A DNA stretch of 64,000 nucleotides from Myxococcota bacterium. Lineage in GTDB: Bacteria > Myxococcota_A > UBA9042 > PHBI01 > JAWLBL01. Made by a program: the position numbers and the translations under genes. Of the stretch, positions 1 through 9,427 are shown one piece after another. The notes below the pieces were generated by a model. The model searched no databases. It was not told where the DNA came from and saw only the letters and a program-made list of their open reading frames with translations. Within the stretch, counting starts at the first letter, position 1, and the number at the start of each line of letters is the position of its first letter. The stretch is taken from contig JAWLBL010000004.1 of assembly GCA_041687695.1 (NCBI GenBank), positions 1 through 64,000 of the forward strand, read 5' to 3'.

Positions 1-2622
1 CGCGTCGTCGCAGGTCACGAGCCCCTCGCACCCGTCGATCGCCGGGCAGAGCGCGCACGTCGGGCCGTAGCGTCCGTCCACGCAGTCGTCGCAGACGCTA
101 GCCGTGCCGTCGTCCGAGCAAGAGATTGTCCCCGTGCAACCCACCACATTGGGGCACGCGACGCAGGCGTCGCCGAAGGTGCCAGTGGGGCACTCGCTGC
201 AGACGCTGTCGCCGGCCGTCGTGCACGTCACCTCTCCGACGCAGCCCGAGACCGGGGTACACGCGGTGCAGGTCTCGCCGAAGGTGCCAGTGGGGCACTC
301 GCTGCAGACGCTGTCGCCGGCGGTCGTGCACGTCACGTCGCCGAGGCAGCCCGCGACGGGCGTACAGGCGGCGCACTGGTCGCCGAAGGTCCCGATGGGG
401 CACTCGCTGCAGACGCTGTCGCCGGCGGTCGTGCACGTCACGTCGCCGAGGCAGCCCGCGACGGGGGTACAGGCGGCGCACTGGTCGCCGAAGGTCCCAG
501 CGGGGCACTCGCTGCAGACGCTGTCGCCGGCGGTCGTGCACGTCACGTCGCCGAGGCAGCCCGCGACGGGCGTACAGGCGGCGCACTGGTCGCCGAAGGT
601 CCCGGCGGGGCACTCGCTGCAGACGCTGTCGTCGGCGGTCGTGCACGTCACCGTCCCGAGGCAACCCGCGACGGGGGTACAGGCGACGCAGGTGTCGCCG
701 TGGAAGCCAGGCTCGCAGGCGTCGCAGACGCTGGCCGAGCCGTCGGCGGCGCAGGTGATGGCGCCCTCGCAGTGGGGCACGCCGGGGCAGGGCGTGCACG
801 TCGGGCCGAAGCGTCCCGGCTCGCAGGCGTCGCACGCGCTGTTGTTGCCGGCCGCGTCGCAGGCGATGGCGCCCACGCAGCCCGTCACCGCCGGGCAGGG
901 CGTGCAGTGGTTGCCGAAGCGCCCCGGCTCGCAGGCGTCGCAGATGCTGCTCGTGCCGTCACCGTTGCAGGCTACGTCGCCGACGCAGCCGTCGACGGTC
1001 GGGCAGGGGGCGCAGGTGTCGCCCCAGCTGCCGACCGGACACGCGCCGCAGACGCCGTCGAGGCCCTGGTCGTCGCAGGTCACGACCCCCTCGCAGCCGT
1101 CGATCGCCGGGCAGAGGGCGCACGTCGGGCCGTAGCGCCCGTCCACGCAGTCGTCGCAGACGCTGGTCGAGCCGTCGTCCGAGCAAGAGATCGTTCCCGT
1201 ACAGCCCTGCACGAGCGGACACGCGCTGCAGGTGTCGCCGAAGGTCCCGGTGGGGCACTCGCTGCAGACGCTGTCGCCGGCCGTCGTGCACGTCACCTCT
1301 CCGACACAACCCGAGACCGGCGTACACGCGGCGCACTGGTCGCCGAAGGTTCCTGCGCCACACTGGCTGCAGGCGCTGTCGTCGGCGGTCGTGCACGTCA
1401 CGTCCCCGACGCAGCCCTCGATCGGGGTACACGCGGCGCACTGGTCACCAAAGGTTCCTGCGCCGCACTGGCTGCAGACGCTGTCGTCGGCGGTCGTGCA
1501 CGTCACGTCCCCGACGCAGCCCTCGATCGGGGTACACGCGGCGCACTGGTCGCCGAAGGTTCCTGCGCCGCACTGGCTGCAGACGCTGTCGTCGGCGGTC
1601 GTGCACGTCACGTCCCCGACGCAGCCCTCGATCGGGGTACACGCGGCGCAGCTGCTGCCGTCGTCGAAGTCCCCGTCCGCACACTCACAAGCGTACGCGC
1701 CTTCACCCTCGTCGACACAGGTCGCGCCCGCGCCGCAAGGGTCTCCTGCGCACCCTTGCATGGCCTGACAGCCGTCGGCCCCGTCACGTTCGAAACCTGG
1801 CGCGCAGGTGTCGCAGCTGGCGTCGTCGGGGCCGGTGCAGGTCCGGACAGCGCAGTTGGCCACGGCGCCGCATGCGACGCAGGCGTCGCCGGCGTAGTAG
1901 TCGCCCACAGGGCAGGTGCAGGTGTAGCCGTCGACGGCGGCGACGTCGACGACACAGGTCGCGCCTGCACCGCACGGCTCGTCGGCGCACGGGCCCGCGT
2001 CGGTGCAGCCTCCGGCGCCGTCGTCCACGTACCCGGCGGCGCAGGTCGCGCACGTCGCGTCGTCGGCCCCGGTGCAGGTGACGGCCACGCAGTTCTCGAT
2101 GGCCGCGCAAGCGGCGCAGGTGCTCCCGTCGTCCCAGGCCCCGGCGGGGCACTCGCAGCGGTACGCGCCCGCGCCCTCGTCGACGCAGGTCGCACCTGCC
2201 CCGCAGGGGTCCCCCACGCAGGCGTCGACTGCCTGGCAGCCCCCGGCGCCGTCGTCCTCGAAACCAGTGGCGCAGGTCGCGCAGGTCGCATCGTCGGTGC
2301 CGGTGCATTGGACTGCGGCGCAGCCGGCGACCGCGGGGCACGTCGCGCAGGCGTCGGTGACGGCGTCGAGATACTCACCGTCTCCGCAGACGCAGGGGGC
2401 GCAGGTGGGACCACCGCAGTCCACGCCGGTCTCGTCGCCGTTGCGGACACCGTCGCTGCAGAGGCCGCTCTTGCATTGGCCGGGGACGCTGCAGTCTGGC
2501 CCACCGTCGGAGCCGCAGGCGACCAGGACGGCGGACGCCGAGAGCGCAACGAGGATGCCGAACGTGCCCATCACCCTCGCGAGCGCACGAGAGAGCGTGT
2601 CGAAATTTACCTGGTGCTTCAT
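1..2622 (-). CDS. Large Cys-rich repeat surface lipoprotein (EGF-like domains plus tandem 35-aa Cys repeats); 3' end runs off the window
   Basis: Not in the ORF track (no stop inside the window). Manual translation from ATG 2622 gives MKHQVNFDTLSRALARVMGTFGILVALSASAVLVAC (lipobox), then CSDGVRNGDETGVDCGG, three EGF-like units (e.g. CAGDPCGAGATCVDEGEGAYACEC) and 105-bp repeats. The frame still reads CEGLVTCDDA at positions 1-30. Confidence 0.85.
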   Translation of the reverse strand, partial: MKHQVNFDTLSRALARVMGTFGILVALSASAVLVACGSDGGPDCSVPGQCKSGLCSDGVRNGDETGVDCGGPTCAPCVCGDGEYLDAVTDACATCPAVAGCAAVQCTGTDDATCATCATGFEDDGAGGCQAVDACVGDPCGAGATCVDEGAGAYRCECPAGAWDDGSTCAACAAIENCVAVTCTGADDATCATCAAGYVDDGAGGCTDAGPCADEPCGAGATCVVDVAAVDGYTCTCPVGDYYAGDACVACGAVANCAVRTCTGPDDASCDTCAPGFERDGADGCQAMQGCAGDPCGAGATCVDEGEGAYACECADGDFDDGSSCAACTPIEGCVGDVTCTTADDSVCSQCGAGTFGDQCAACTPIEGCVGDVTCTTADDSVCSQCGAGTFGDQCAACTPIEGCVGDVTCTTADDSACSQCGAGTFGDQCAACTPVSGCVGEVTCTTAGDSVCSECPTGTFGDTCSACPLVQGCTGTISCSDDGSTSVCDDCVDGRYGPTCALCPAIDGCEGVVTCDDQGLDGVCGACPVGSWGDTCAPCPTVDGCVGDVACNGDGTSSICDACEPGRFGNHCTPCPAVTGCVGAIACDAAGNNSACDACEPGRFGPTCTPCPGVPHCEGAITCAADGSASVCDACEPGFHGDTCVACTPVAGCLGTVTCTTADDSVCSECPAGTFGDQCAACTPVAGCLGDVTCTTAGDSVCSECPAGTFGDQCAACTPVAGCLGDVTCTTAGDSVCSECPIGTFGDQCAACTPVAGCLGDVTCTTAGDSVCSECPTGTFGETCTACTPVSGCVGEVTCTTAGDSVCSECPTGTFGDACVACPNVVGCTGTISCSDDGTASVCDDCVDGRYGPTCALCPAIDGCEGLVTCDDA
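168..1650 (-). repeat. Coding tandem repeats of 105 bp (35 aa, CTPVAGCLGDVTCTTAGDSVCSECPxGTFGDQCAA-like) in two arrays
   Basis: The motif cgccgaaggt...tgcagacgctgtcg...gtcgtgcacgtcac recurs every 105 bp at about 168-690 and about 1233-1650. Confidence 0.9.
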
Positions 2623-3206
2623 GGACTCTCGAGTTTTTCGGACCGAGTGCGGTGCAGCGAATTGTGGGCGTGGGAACACGCAGCGGCCGGAAGCGGCTAC
2701 TCATCGGAGCGGGGGCGACCGTACCTGCTGCTCTACGGTGCCGCAACGCATTCCGGGACGACGATCATCGATTGATCGCGTCCCTTGGCGGCAGGACGAG
2801 CAACCGCTCGCAATCCGCAGCCGATCAGCGAGCCGATACCCGAGGTCGACGACGGTCATGCTCGGACGTGAGGAGCGTACCGTTGATCCGATCTGGGGAC
2901 CTCGGGATTGGGACGAGCGGACGCGCGAGGGCCCGGGCTCGGCTGGGATGGCGCGTCTCGAGCGGCGACGGGCAGGCACGAACTCCGGCGCCGACCCCAG
3001 CGAAACCAAGCACGACCTCTCGGGAATTCGACTCGGCCGTGGCACGACGGCTACGAAATTGCAACGGATATCGGCTGTCGGGCTACATGTCGCGCGCGGA
3101 CCGGGCTGGCTCCGCGCTCACCGCTGCGACCAACACGCGAGGCAACCAGGAGTCGGCAAGGAGGGGGCAGACCAGGGCAGACCCCAGCTAGCTGCGGCGC
3201 TCAGCC

Positions 3207-3653
3207 TCAGGGGTTGGATCCGCGCGCGTAGAACGCTTCCAGGGTCATGATGGATAGCGGCAGCCGACACTGGACCTGGAACTCGAGCAGCTCGACCAGC
3301 TCGTCCATCAGCACCCGGTTGGTGCTGGTCGTGTGGTAGTGGGCGAGGTTGGTGACGCGGGCGGGGGTGTCGTCGCCCCAGGGCGGCTTGCTCTCGAGGG
3401 CCCCGATGTCCCACACCACCCGCTCCGGCGGCAGCGCCCCGAGCTCGTCGCGAATCGTCCGGGCATCGGCCAGGGCTTTGTCCGCAGCGTCGGGCTCCAG
3501 TCGACCCTGGTAGAGGTCGTTCGTCAGCTCTGGGAACCGGGTGCCCCAGCCGTCGGGCTCCAGGTGGAAGCTGATGGTGGAGAAGAAGCTGTGCAGCAGC
3601 GCCTGCGACCCGACCTCGGTGAAGAGGTTGTCGATCTCGAGGCCAACGGTCAT
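3207..3653 (-). CDS. Imm70-family immunity-like protein
   Basis: MTVGLEIDNLFTEVGSQALLHSFFSTISFHLEPDGWGTRFP...LYQG...VVWDI...PPWGDD matches the Imm70 pattern (LHSFFST, WGxRFP, LYQG, WDI, PPWGD). GGAG lies 6 nt before ATG 3653. Confidence 0.8.
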   Translation of the reverse strand: MTVGLEIDNLFTEVGSQALLHSFFSTISFHLEPDGWGTRFPELTNDLYQGRLEPDAADKALADARTIRDELGALPPERVVWDIGALESKPPWGDDTPARVTNLAHYHTTSTNRVLMDELVELLEFQVQCRLPLSIMTLEAFYARGSNP

Positions 3654-3749
3654 GACGGTCTCCATGGGACGAGTGACACCGGGACCCGTGTGACGCCCGC
3701 CCGGAGTAGGTCGAGCGCGACCAGCACCCACTTGGGAGCCACGAGCCGA

Positions 3750-3810
3750 ACCATGAGACCGACCGGACCGCGCGTCACGAGCGATCCCGCCGGCTGCGCG
3801 CGCACAGCCG
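3750..3810 (-). repeat. Copy of a dispersed intergenic element with sigma70-like promoter geometry (GTGACG-N17-CATGGT)
   Basis: Shares ccatgagaccgac and cgcgtcacgagcga...cgcgcgcac with 6364-6450; lies upstream of the Imm70-like gene. Confidence 0.6.
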
Positions 3811-3866
3811 CGCTGACGAACTCCGAAATCCAAGGCCAAGAAGCCAGGGTGGGCGCGCGAGGGGCG

Positions 3867-6308
3867 TCATGAGCTGCCGGTCGACGAGGCGTGACGGTCC
3901 GTCATCCGGCGGCGCCAGCCAAGCAGCGCCGTGGTGGCGATGAGCCAGTAGAGCGGGGTGGCGCCGCCGCCGGCGCAGCCGCCGGTGGCTGGCGCTGGGG
4001 GATCGGCGGCCGGCGGGGGGGGCTCCGGCGGGGGCTCGGCGGGGGGCTCGGGGCCGGGGTCGACAGGTGGCAGCGTGTCGCAGAGGAGGACGGTGGCGGG
4101 CTGGGACCAGGAGCCGGCGGCGTTGCGCACGCGGGCCTCGAGCACGACGGGGCCGTCGGGGAGGAGCAGGAGCGCGGTGGGGCCGTCGGTCCAGTCGGGG
4201 TCTCCGGCGACTCGGAGCTGCCAGGCGTCGATGGGCGAGTGGGGGTCGGCGCCCTCCACGGTCGCCGTGGCCTCGACGTCGCAGGCCACGGCCTCGACGG
4301 CGAGGGTGGGCGCGGGCGGCGGCGAGGCGTCGACGCGCCAGACCGGCGATGTGGCCTCCGGGCCCTCCCCGGCGCGGACGAAGGCGAGCACGGCGGCTCC
4401 GTCGGGCAGGAGGGCAGGCAGGGGGAGGTCGACGGCGCCGGGTGCGGCCTCGGTCCACGGCAGGACCTCCGTCTGTCCGTCCTCGAGAGTGGCGCGGACC
4501 TCGACGACGGCCGGCACGGGATGGAAGTGGGAGACGTCCACGTCGAGGCGCACGGCGTCAGTGACGTCGGTCCAGGTGACCGCCGTTCGGGCCAGCGGGA
4601 CGGGGGTCACGACGAGGTTGGCGACGGTCACCGCGGCCGCCTCGACGACGACCGGGACGGGCCCAGCGACGAACCGCGCTCCGGTCGCCTCCAGGACGTG
4701 CTCGCCGGGCGCGAGGGGCTCCAAGAGGAAGCCGCCCCACGGGGTCGTGTCGACCCACGCCGCGTCGTCACCGACGCGGACGGCACCCGCTACGCCGAGC
4801 TCGAGCCCCGGCAGGACCAGGTGGCCGCGCACGCTGCCCCAGGCGACGGGCGGCGCCGCGTGGGTCACCGCAAGCCGCGGCGGATAGGCGTCGAAGCCAC
4901 TGACATAGGGCGCACGGAACGCCGCCGCGCTCGAGGCCGTCCAGTAGCGGGCCACGTCCGAGGTGAGCCAGGGGAGGGCGTCGCCCACCCGTCGCCACTC
5001 CAGCGCGAACCCCTCGGCCTCGGCGACGCGCGGGCCCGGATCGAAGGTCGCCGAGAGGACGGTCCGCTCGGGTCCCGGTGACACGATGGCCGTCGCCGTC
5101 GCGACCACGTCCTCGGCCGGCGTGGGTCCGCGGCCGATCCCCGGCCGGTCCACGATCACCCGCAGCTCGACCTCCACCGCCTCGCCCCGCGCCAGGAAGA
5201 CCTCGGTCCACGCCGTGACCTCACCGGGCGGCGCCGCCGCGTCGATCGCCGTCAGCGCCTTCCCGTCGGGCCCCACGAACCCGGCGTCGTAGAGCAGCAC
5301 GTCGGGCCGATGCGCCCACAGCTCGGGGGCGTCGGCCGCCAGCCCCTGCAACACGCCGGCAGCGATGACCTGGCCTCGATACGTCGGGAAACCCGTGAAC
5401 CACGCGTCCGTGTCGAGGATCGTCGGCCCCAGATCCGCGAAGTGGGCGCCATACAGGCCCCAGAAGTCGTCGGGCGCAGCGCAGGCCGGATGCTCGAGGA
5501 GGCGCCGCACCTCCCCCGGGTGCGGCTCACCGAGCTCGTCCCCCTGTGGAAATCCTGCCAGGACGCTACCGAGCAGGCCGCTGTCGAGGATGTCCAGGAA
5601 CCCCCCGCAGCCCGATTCGAGGAGCCCATCCACGATGGCCATCGCGAGCTCGGGCTCCATGCTCCCGACCTTCGCCTTCAGGTCCTCCCAGAAGACCATC
5701 AGCTCCGCCTTCAGCGCCTCGGCGTCCGCCCCGCCCCCCGCGTAGGCGGTCATCACCTCGGCGTAGAAGTCCACGACCTCCTCGAGGGCCGCGGTGTCCT
5801 CGAAGACGAACGCCCACGCCATGTCGACGAAGGCGCCCGTGTGGCCGTTTCGCAGATCCCCCCAGCTCTCGACCAGCAGCTCGTTGTCGCCCGCCGGCTT
5901 CACGTCGGGCGCCCCGAAGAGGTTCAGCGTCCCGAGGTTGCCGTGCGCCGTCAGCCACGGGACGACGTAGACGTGCGACGAGATGTCGCTCGCGAGGTGC
6001 AGGCGGTACCCGGTCGCGAACGCGACCTTCCACGGCGTCCCCTCGACCTCCGCCGCCGCCAGCAGCGCGTCCGCCAGCCCCTTGGCGTGGGTGCCCACCG
6101 GGAACGTCACGCTCGCCTGCCCGATGTCGGGGAAGACGGCGCCGAGCTGCAGGTAGGGCCGCAACTCGGGCGTGCCCAGCTCGGGATGCAGCGCCGCATA
6201 GCGGTCGGCCTCGCGCACATGGACCGGCGGCCCGTAGGCCAGCGACGGCCCCGTGACGGCGATCGCGGCGAGGACAACGGCGAAGCGCAGGACGACGTGA
6301 CGTGTCAT
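3867..6308 (-). CDS. Secreted Zn-dependent phospholipase C/S1-P1-like domain protein with MYXO-CTERM-like sorting tail
   Basis: Signal peptide MTRHVVLRFAVVLAAIAVTGPSLA, then YGPPVH, GAVFPD and GYRLHLASDISSH (Zn-PLC ligand pattern). The C-terminus is a Pro-rich linker, GGC, a hydrophobic helix and WRRR. GGAGG precedes ATG 6308. Confidence 0.75.
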   Translation of the reverse strand: MTRHVVLRFAVVLAAIAVTGPSLAYGPPVHVREADRYAALHPELGTPELRPYLQLGAVFPDIGQASVTFPVGTHAKGLADALLAAAEVEGTPWKVAFATGYRLHLASDISSHVYVVPWLTAHGNLGTLNLFGAPDVKPAGDNELLVESWGDLRNGHTGAFVDMAWAFVFEDTAALEEVVDFYAEVMTAYAGGGADAEALKAELMVFWEDLKAKVGSMEPELAMAIVDGLLESGCGGFLDILDSGLLGSVLAGFPQGDELGEPHPGEVRRLLEHPACAAPDDFWGLYGAHFADLGPTILDTDAWFTGFPTYRGQVIAAGVLQGLAADAPELWAHRPDVLLYDAGFVGPDGKALTAIDAAAPPGEVTAWTEVFLARGEAVEVELRVIVDRPGIGRGPTPAEDVVATATAIVSPGPERTVLSATFDPGPRVAEAEGFALEWRRVGDALPWLTSDVARYWTASSAAAFRAPYVSGFDAYPPRLAVTHAAPPVAWGSVRGHLVLPGLELGVAGAVRVGDDAAWVDTTPWGGFLLEPLAPGEHVLEATGARFVAGPVPVVVEAAAVTVANLVVTPVPLARTAVTWTDVTDAVRLDVDVSHFHPVPAVVEVRATLEDGQTEVLPWTEAAPGAVDLPLPALLPDGAAVLAFVRAGEGPEATSPVWRVDASPPPAPTLAVEAVACDVEATATVEGADPHSPIDAWQLRVAGDPDWTDGPTALLLLPDGPVVLEARVRNAAGSWSQPATVLLCDTLPPVDPGPEPPAEPPPEPPPPAADPPAPATGGCAGGGATPLYWLIATTALLGWRRRMTDRHASSTGSS

Positions 6309-6363
6309 GGAGCACCTCCGAGCGTGCGCCGGGATGCCACCAGACACCGGCCGACGCGCCCGC

Positions 6364-6450
6364 CCATGAGACCGACGACCCGCAGCATGCCGACTGCCGG
6401 CCCCCGCGTCACGAGCGAACTGGCCGGTTACGCGCGCACCGCTGCGACCG
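6364..6450 (-). repeat. Longest copy of the dispersed intergenic element (GTGACG-N17-CATGCT)
   Basis: Similar to 3750-3810 and 30450-30565, and partly to 3105-3131; lies upstream of the PLC-like gene. Confidence 0.6.
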
Positions 6451-6496
6451 GCTCTCGGGAGAGAGCGGTCGGGGAGAGAGGGGCGGGGAGCAGGGG

Positions 6497-8521
6497 TCAG
6501 TAGATGTCGTGCGCCGTGTTGTGGACGTTGAACTTCCCGGTCGGGGCGTCCAGGCCGGCGACGCGATCGATCTCCTCGAGGGTGACCGCGTCGAAGACCG
6601 CCACCTCTCCGTGGTGATCCCAGACCGACACCCAGAAGGTCGCCCCCGTCGCGTCGAACTCGATGTGCACCGCGCGGCCGGCGTCGGCGACTTCGAAGCA
6701 GCGGTCCAGCGTGCCGCTGGCTTTGTCGTAGGCGCAGACCTGCCGGGCCAGGGCCGGGTCGTCGCTGAGGGCCATGTCCATCAGCACCCACGGGGAGGCG
6801 TCGTGCGTCTTGAGGAAGAGGCTGCCGGCGGACGGGAGCGTCACGCGGCGGACCTCCTTCCAGGCCTGCTCGGGGTGACCGTCGGGATCGGCCCCGTAGA
6901 CCAGGAGGAGCCCCTCGCCGAGGTGAACCGTCGCGTTGACCGGGCCGTAGGCGGGGTCCACCCAGTTGGCTCCCCGCCCCGGATGAGGCAGCGCCCCAGT
7001 GGGGATCCTGGCGACGACGCTCCGCTCCTTCACGTCGGTCACCACCAGCTGGCCGAGCGCGCTCGCTGCGATGAAGTAGCGGTGTGTGGCGTCCCATCCG
7101 CCGTCGTGCAGGAGCCGCTCGCCGTCGAGGCGTTCCACCAGCGGGAAGTCCGGCTGGGTGTAGTCGACGATGCCCAGGTGCCCGGACTCCTTGAGCGCCA
7201 GGACCCAGACCGGCTCGTAGGGCGACGCGACGATGGACGCCACGCGCACTTCGGTCAGCGGCTCCGTCTCGCCCACGGCGGGGCCGAGGACCGAGTGCGC
7301 GGCGAGCGGCTCGAGCGTCTCGCCGTCGAACACGACGTACTGTGACGGCCAGTAGCACCCCTGGACGAGGTATCGCTCCTCGAAGCCCGGGTACTTGCTG
7401 CCCTCGACGCTCCGCGCGTCGAAGCACCCGCGCGCCCGGGCGACGACCGTGGGGGCCGAGGACCAGAGGTCCACCATGGTGAGCCACCCGTCCCGTCCCA
7501 CGGCGTAGAAGTACCGTCCCGTCGAGGACGCCCGCAGGATGTGGGTGGCGAAGCCGACGTCGATGCGTCCGATCTCGTCGCGCGTGGCCCCGTCGAGGAT
7601 CACCACCTCGCCCGTGTCGCGCTGCACGACGCCGAACCAGTTGGTCCATTCGCCCGAGTGCTCGGGCGCGTCGGGGCGATCCTCTGGCGCGATCAGGACC
7701 TGCCAGCTGGCCAGGATGTCCTGAAGCGTCAGCTCGGGCGCGGGCGGGACTTCGCGCTGCAACAGGGCGACGAGCTCGGCGATCTCGTCCTCCGACAGCA
7801 CGCCCGAGGCGCCCCACGAGGGCATGCCCCAGGGCGTCCCGTGGCGGATGGTCGCGCCGAGGAGATCGCTGCCGAGCGCCTCGGCGCGCTCGGGCCGCAG
7901 GTCGGGTCCGATGGCGCCGCCGCGCTGCGTCCCGTGGCACCCCGCGCACCGGTTGAAGTACAGCGCGTTGGCCCGCTCGAGCCCCTCCTCGTCGAGCGCC
8001 CGTGGCGGGCGCGGCTCCAGCGGAGCGCCGGACGCGCGCTGGGCCCGGATGAACGCGATGACCTGCTCGATCTGAGCGTCGTCGAGGCCCGGGTTCGGCA
8101 TCTGCCGGCCCCACTGCTGGACGATCTTCGCCGCGTAGGGGTTCTGGGCCGCCCAGCCGGCCGGGTCCGCGAGCCACCTCCGCAACCAGCCGTCGGGCCT
8201 CAGGTTCGCGGTCAGGAGGTCGGGCCCCCGCGTGGTCTCCCCAAGACCCAGCGTGTGACAGCCCGCGCACTGCGCGCGGAAGATATCCTCGCCGGCCTCC
8301 GCGCCCGCCGGGTCGGGCGGGGTGTGATCGGCGTCATGGTGGCCACCGCCGTGACCGCCACCGTGACCATCTCCGTGGCCACCGCCGTGACCGTCGTGCT
8401 CCGACGCCACATCGGAAGTGACGTCGACGCTCTGGTGGCCGACCTCGCTGGACCCACAGCCGTGGGCGCAAAGAGCCCCGACCAGCAAGCCAGCGCTCAG
8501 GAGCACAGCCTCTCGCCTCAT
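6497..8521 (-). CDS. nirS: Cytochrome cd1 nitrite reductase (NirS) as a lipoprotein with an extra N-terminal cytochrome c domain
   Basis: YFNRCAGCHG and GTPWGMPSWG (c domain); GRDG, RSVEGSK, YWPSQY, LHDGGWD, PHPGRGANW, GSLFLKTH and C-terminal PTGKFNVHNTAHDIY (d1 propeller, both catalytic His motifs present). A second CAGCH...MP domain and a His/Gly-rich tract follow a lipobox-like AHGC. Confidence 0.85.
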   Translation of the reverse strand: MRREAVLLSAGLLVGALCAHGCGSSEVGHQSVDVTSDVASEHDGHGGGHGDGHGGGHGGGHHDADHTPPDPAGAEAGEDIFRAQCAGCHTLGLGETTRGPDLLTANLRPDGWLRRWLADPAGWAAQNPYAAKIVQQWGRQMPNPGLDDAQIEQVIAFIRAQRASGAPLEPRPPRALDEEGLERANALYFNRCAGCHGTQRGGAIGPDLRPERAEALGSDLLGATIRHGTPWGMPSWGASGVLSEDEIAELVALLQREVPPAPELTLQDILASWQVLIAPEDRPDAPEHSGEWTNWFGVVQRDTGEVVILDGATRDEIGRIDVGFATHILRASSTGRYFYAVGRDGWLTMVDLWSSAPTVVARARGCFDARSVEGSKYPGFEERYLVQGCYWPSQYVVFDGETLEPLAAHSVLGPAVGETEPLTEVRVASIVASPYEPVWVLALKESGHLGIVDYTQPDFPLVERLDGERLLHDGGWDATHRYFIAASALGQLVVTDVKERSVVARIPTGALPHPGRGANWVDPAYGPVNATVHLGEGLLLVYGADPDGHPEQAWKEVRRVTLPSAGSLFLKTHDASPWVLMDMALSDDPALARQVCAYDKASGTLDRCFEVADAGRAVHIEFDATGATFWVSVWDHHGEVAVFDAVTLEEIDRVAGLDAPTGKFNVHNTAHDIY

Positions 8522-8779
8522 CGCGTTGCCTCCAACCCGGAGGGTCCGGGCGCTCGGCGCCGGAGCCCGGCCGACGTCAGGCGTCGGCCGCTCCTTTTCA
8601 CGCCATTGGGATCGACTACTCGACCGAGGGGAGGCAGACCATGCCCTCGATCACGGATGGAGCGGTCGCGGATCGAGGCCGTAGAGGTGGGACCGTCGCG
8701 TCGTACCGATCGACCGACGACTCCGATTCGCTCATCTCCGCATCGCACGCTTGACACCGACCTAACGCAGGCGGCATGT

Positions 8780-8799
8780 AAGTGAGTGTTCACTTGCTT
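8780..8799. promoter_or_regulatory. Putative TetR operator 1 (AAGTGAGTGTTCACTTGCTT)
   Basis: AT-rich palindrome 12 nt before the tetR ATG and downstream of TTGACA at 8751-8756; a related copy lies at 9458-9477. Confidence 0.6.
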
Positions 8800-8811
8800 A
8801 CGGGTGAGGCC

Positions 8812-9384
8812 ATGCAGCGACTCCCGACCGAGGACAGGCAGCGACAGATCGCCGACGCGGCGCTGAAGCTGGTGGCCGAGCACGGCGTCGGCGGCCTCAC
8901 CATCGCGGCCATCGCCCGCGAGGTCGGCCTGGCCGAGGGCACGCTGTTCCGCCACTTCGGCTCCAAGCAGGAGATCGCCGACGCGGCGGTCGGCCGGATG
9001 GAGGAGCTGCTGTTCGAGGGGTTCCCGCCCCAGCAGGGGGACCCGCTCGAGCGCCTCGGCGCCTTCTTCATGCAACGCGTCGGCCTGGTGCGCCGCCTCC
9101 CGGGGGTCATGCGGCTGCTGCTCTCGGACGAGCTCTCGCGCGCCGGGACGGAGGCGGCGGCGGCCCGCGTGCTGGAGCTCAAGCGGCGATCCATGGGCTT
9201 CGTCGTGCAGTGCTTCGCGGAGGCGCGCCAGCGAGGCCTCGTCCGGAGTGACCTGGACCCGCGGGCCCTGGCGCTCCTGGTGAACGGCGCGGCCCTGGCG
9301 CTGCTGCAGGTCCCGGCCCAGCTCGCCGGGGCGATCTCGCCCGAGGACGTGTGGGCCTCGCTGGAGCGACTGGTCCGCACGTAG
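8812..9384 (+). CDS. TetR/AcrR family transcriptional regulator
   Basis: RQRQIADAALKLVAEHGVGGLTIAAIAREVGLAEGTLFRHFGSKQEI is a TetR helix-turn-helix; GAGG precedes ATG 8812. Confidence 0.92.
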   Translation: MQRLPTEDRQRQIADAALKLVAEHGVGGLTIAAIAREVGLAEGTLFRHFGSKQEIADAAVGRMEELLFEGFPPQQGDPLERLGAFFMQRVGLVRRLPGVMRLLLSDELSRAGTEAAAARVLELKRRSMGFVVQCFAEARQRGLVRSDLDPRALALLVNGAALALLQVPAQLAGAISPEDVWASLERLVRT

Positions 9385-9427
9385 CGGGCGCGAGCGCGGG
9401 GCGGACCCGTCGAGAGGAGGTCGGAGG

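Noticed and set aside
168..1650. 105-bp repeats as CRISPR or DGR template/variable repeats
   Set aside because: The period is a multiple of 3, the repeats encode an in-frame Cys-rich protein, there are no unique spacers, and no reverse transcriptase gene is present.
3040..3063. sigma54 promoter TGGCACGACGGCTAC on the plus strand
   Set aside because: No GC at the -12 position (GG-N10-AC) and no plus-strand gene downstream.
3100..6450. Integron attC cassette array
   Set aside because: The intergenic repeats lack RYYYAAC...GTTRRRY ends and extended dyad symmetry, and no integrase is present; kept instead as a promoter-like repeat.
3867..8270. Single 1467-aa ORF
   Set aside because: The first ~650 aa are an off-frame overlap with nirS; the real gene starts at ATG 6308 with an RBS and signal peptide.
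8522..8760. FNR/DNR box upstream of nirS
   Set aside because: I found no TTGAT-N4-ATCAA-like site; TTGACA at 8751 fits better as a -35 for tetR.
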